A stretch of DNA of 64,000 bases from Enoplolaimus lenunculus. Lineage: Eukaryota. The notes under the pieces are model-generated. The model saw nothing but the letters and a program-made list of their open reading frames with translations. It made no database searches and was not told the DNA's origin. The translations under genes were made by a program, and so were the position numbers. The DNA lies in assembly GCA_030248215.1 (NCBI GenBank), contig JASANG010003930.1:434001-498000 (forward strand). The letters run 5' to 3'. Numbering within the stretch: the stretch's first letter is position 1; each line of letters begins with the position of its first letter. Of this stretch, positions 63,728 through 64,000 are shown in pieces.

Positions 63728-64000
63728 TCAATTGTTGACCGCCGCAACATGATTTGCGATTGCAGCAGCGTGACATGGACATATTGATCGACACGGGCAA
63801 ACACCAAAACTGTGATAGCCGGAAGACGTTTGACATGACATAGTCCCAATGAATGATCCAGGATGATCATGATGTAGTTGTGAATGACCTACAAGCGGCT
63901 GATTTCCAAATATTGTCGAATTCAATAATGAACCAATCGGAGTTGGAACAAGCACTGATTGTGGTGTCGGGCGACTTAACGGCGGAACTACGGCTATTCC
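63728..64000 (-). CDS. Probable terminal exon of an unidentified gene entering from the right edge
   Basis: Frame is open from the window edge to TGA at 63728 (GIAVVPPLSRPTPQ...CPCRSICPCHAAAIANHVAAVNN), GC-richer than its surroundings; no domain recognised. Confidence 0.5.
   Translation of the reverse strand, partial: GIAVVPPLSRPTPQSVLVPTPIGSLLNSTIFGNQPLVGHSQLHHDHPGSFIGTMSCQTSSGYHSFGVCPCRSICPCHAAAIANHVAAVNN

Overview
Eukaryotic, AT-rich, intron-rich and transposon-dense DNA. It is most likely from a nematode, based on TTAGGC telomere-type repeats and TTTTCAG-type splice acceptors. Three host genes can be assembled by hand: a 2-exon rhodopsin-family peptide GPCR (minus strand, 11852-9260), a 22-exon DEAH-box helicase DHX35 (plus strand, about 37299-50307, terminal exons unresolved) and a 2-exon RWDD4 (minus strand, 55475-54598). 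A probable last exon of a fourth gene lies at the right edge. The rest is largely non-autonomous mobile DNA: TA-flanked Tc2/pogo-like MITEs, hAT-like MITEs with 8-bp TSDs, Merlin-like MITEs carrying TTAGGC repeats, TTAA piggyBac-like MITEs, DINE-1/Helentron-like elements, a 1-kb solo LTR and a minisatellite. The most unusual object is a miniature LTR retrotransposon (TRIM; complete copy 55847-56316, nested solo LTRs at 33530-34043). Its ~250-bp LTR contains a tRNA-like Pol III unit, and its primer-binding site appears complementary to the 3' end of that same unit, so the element may supply its own reverse-transcription primer. All calls come from manual reading; no database searches were run.
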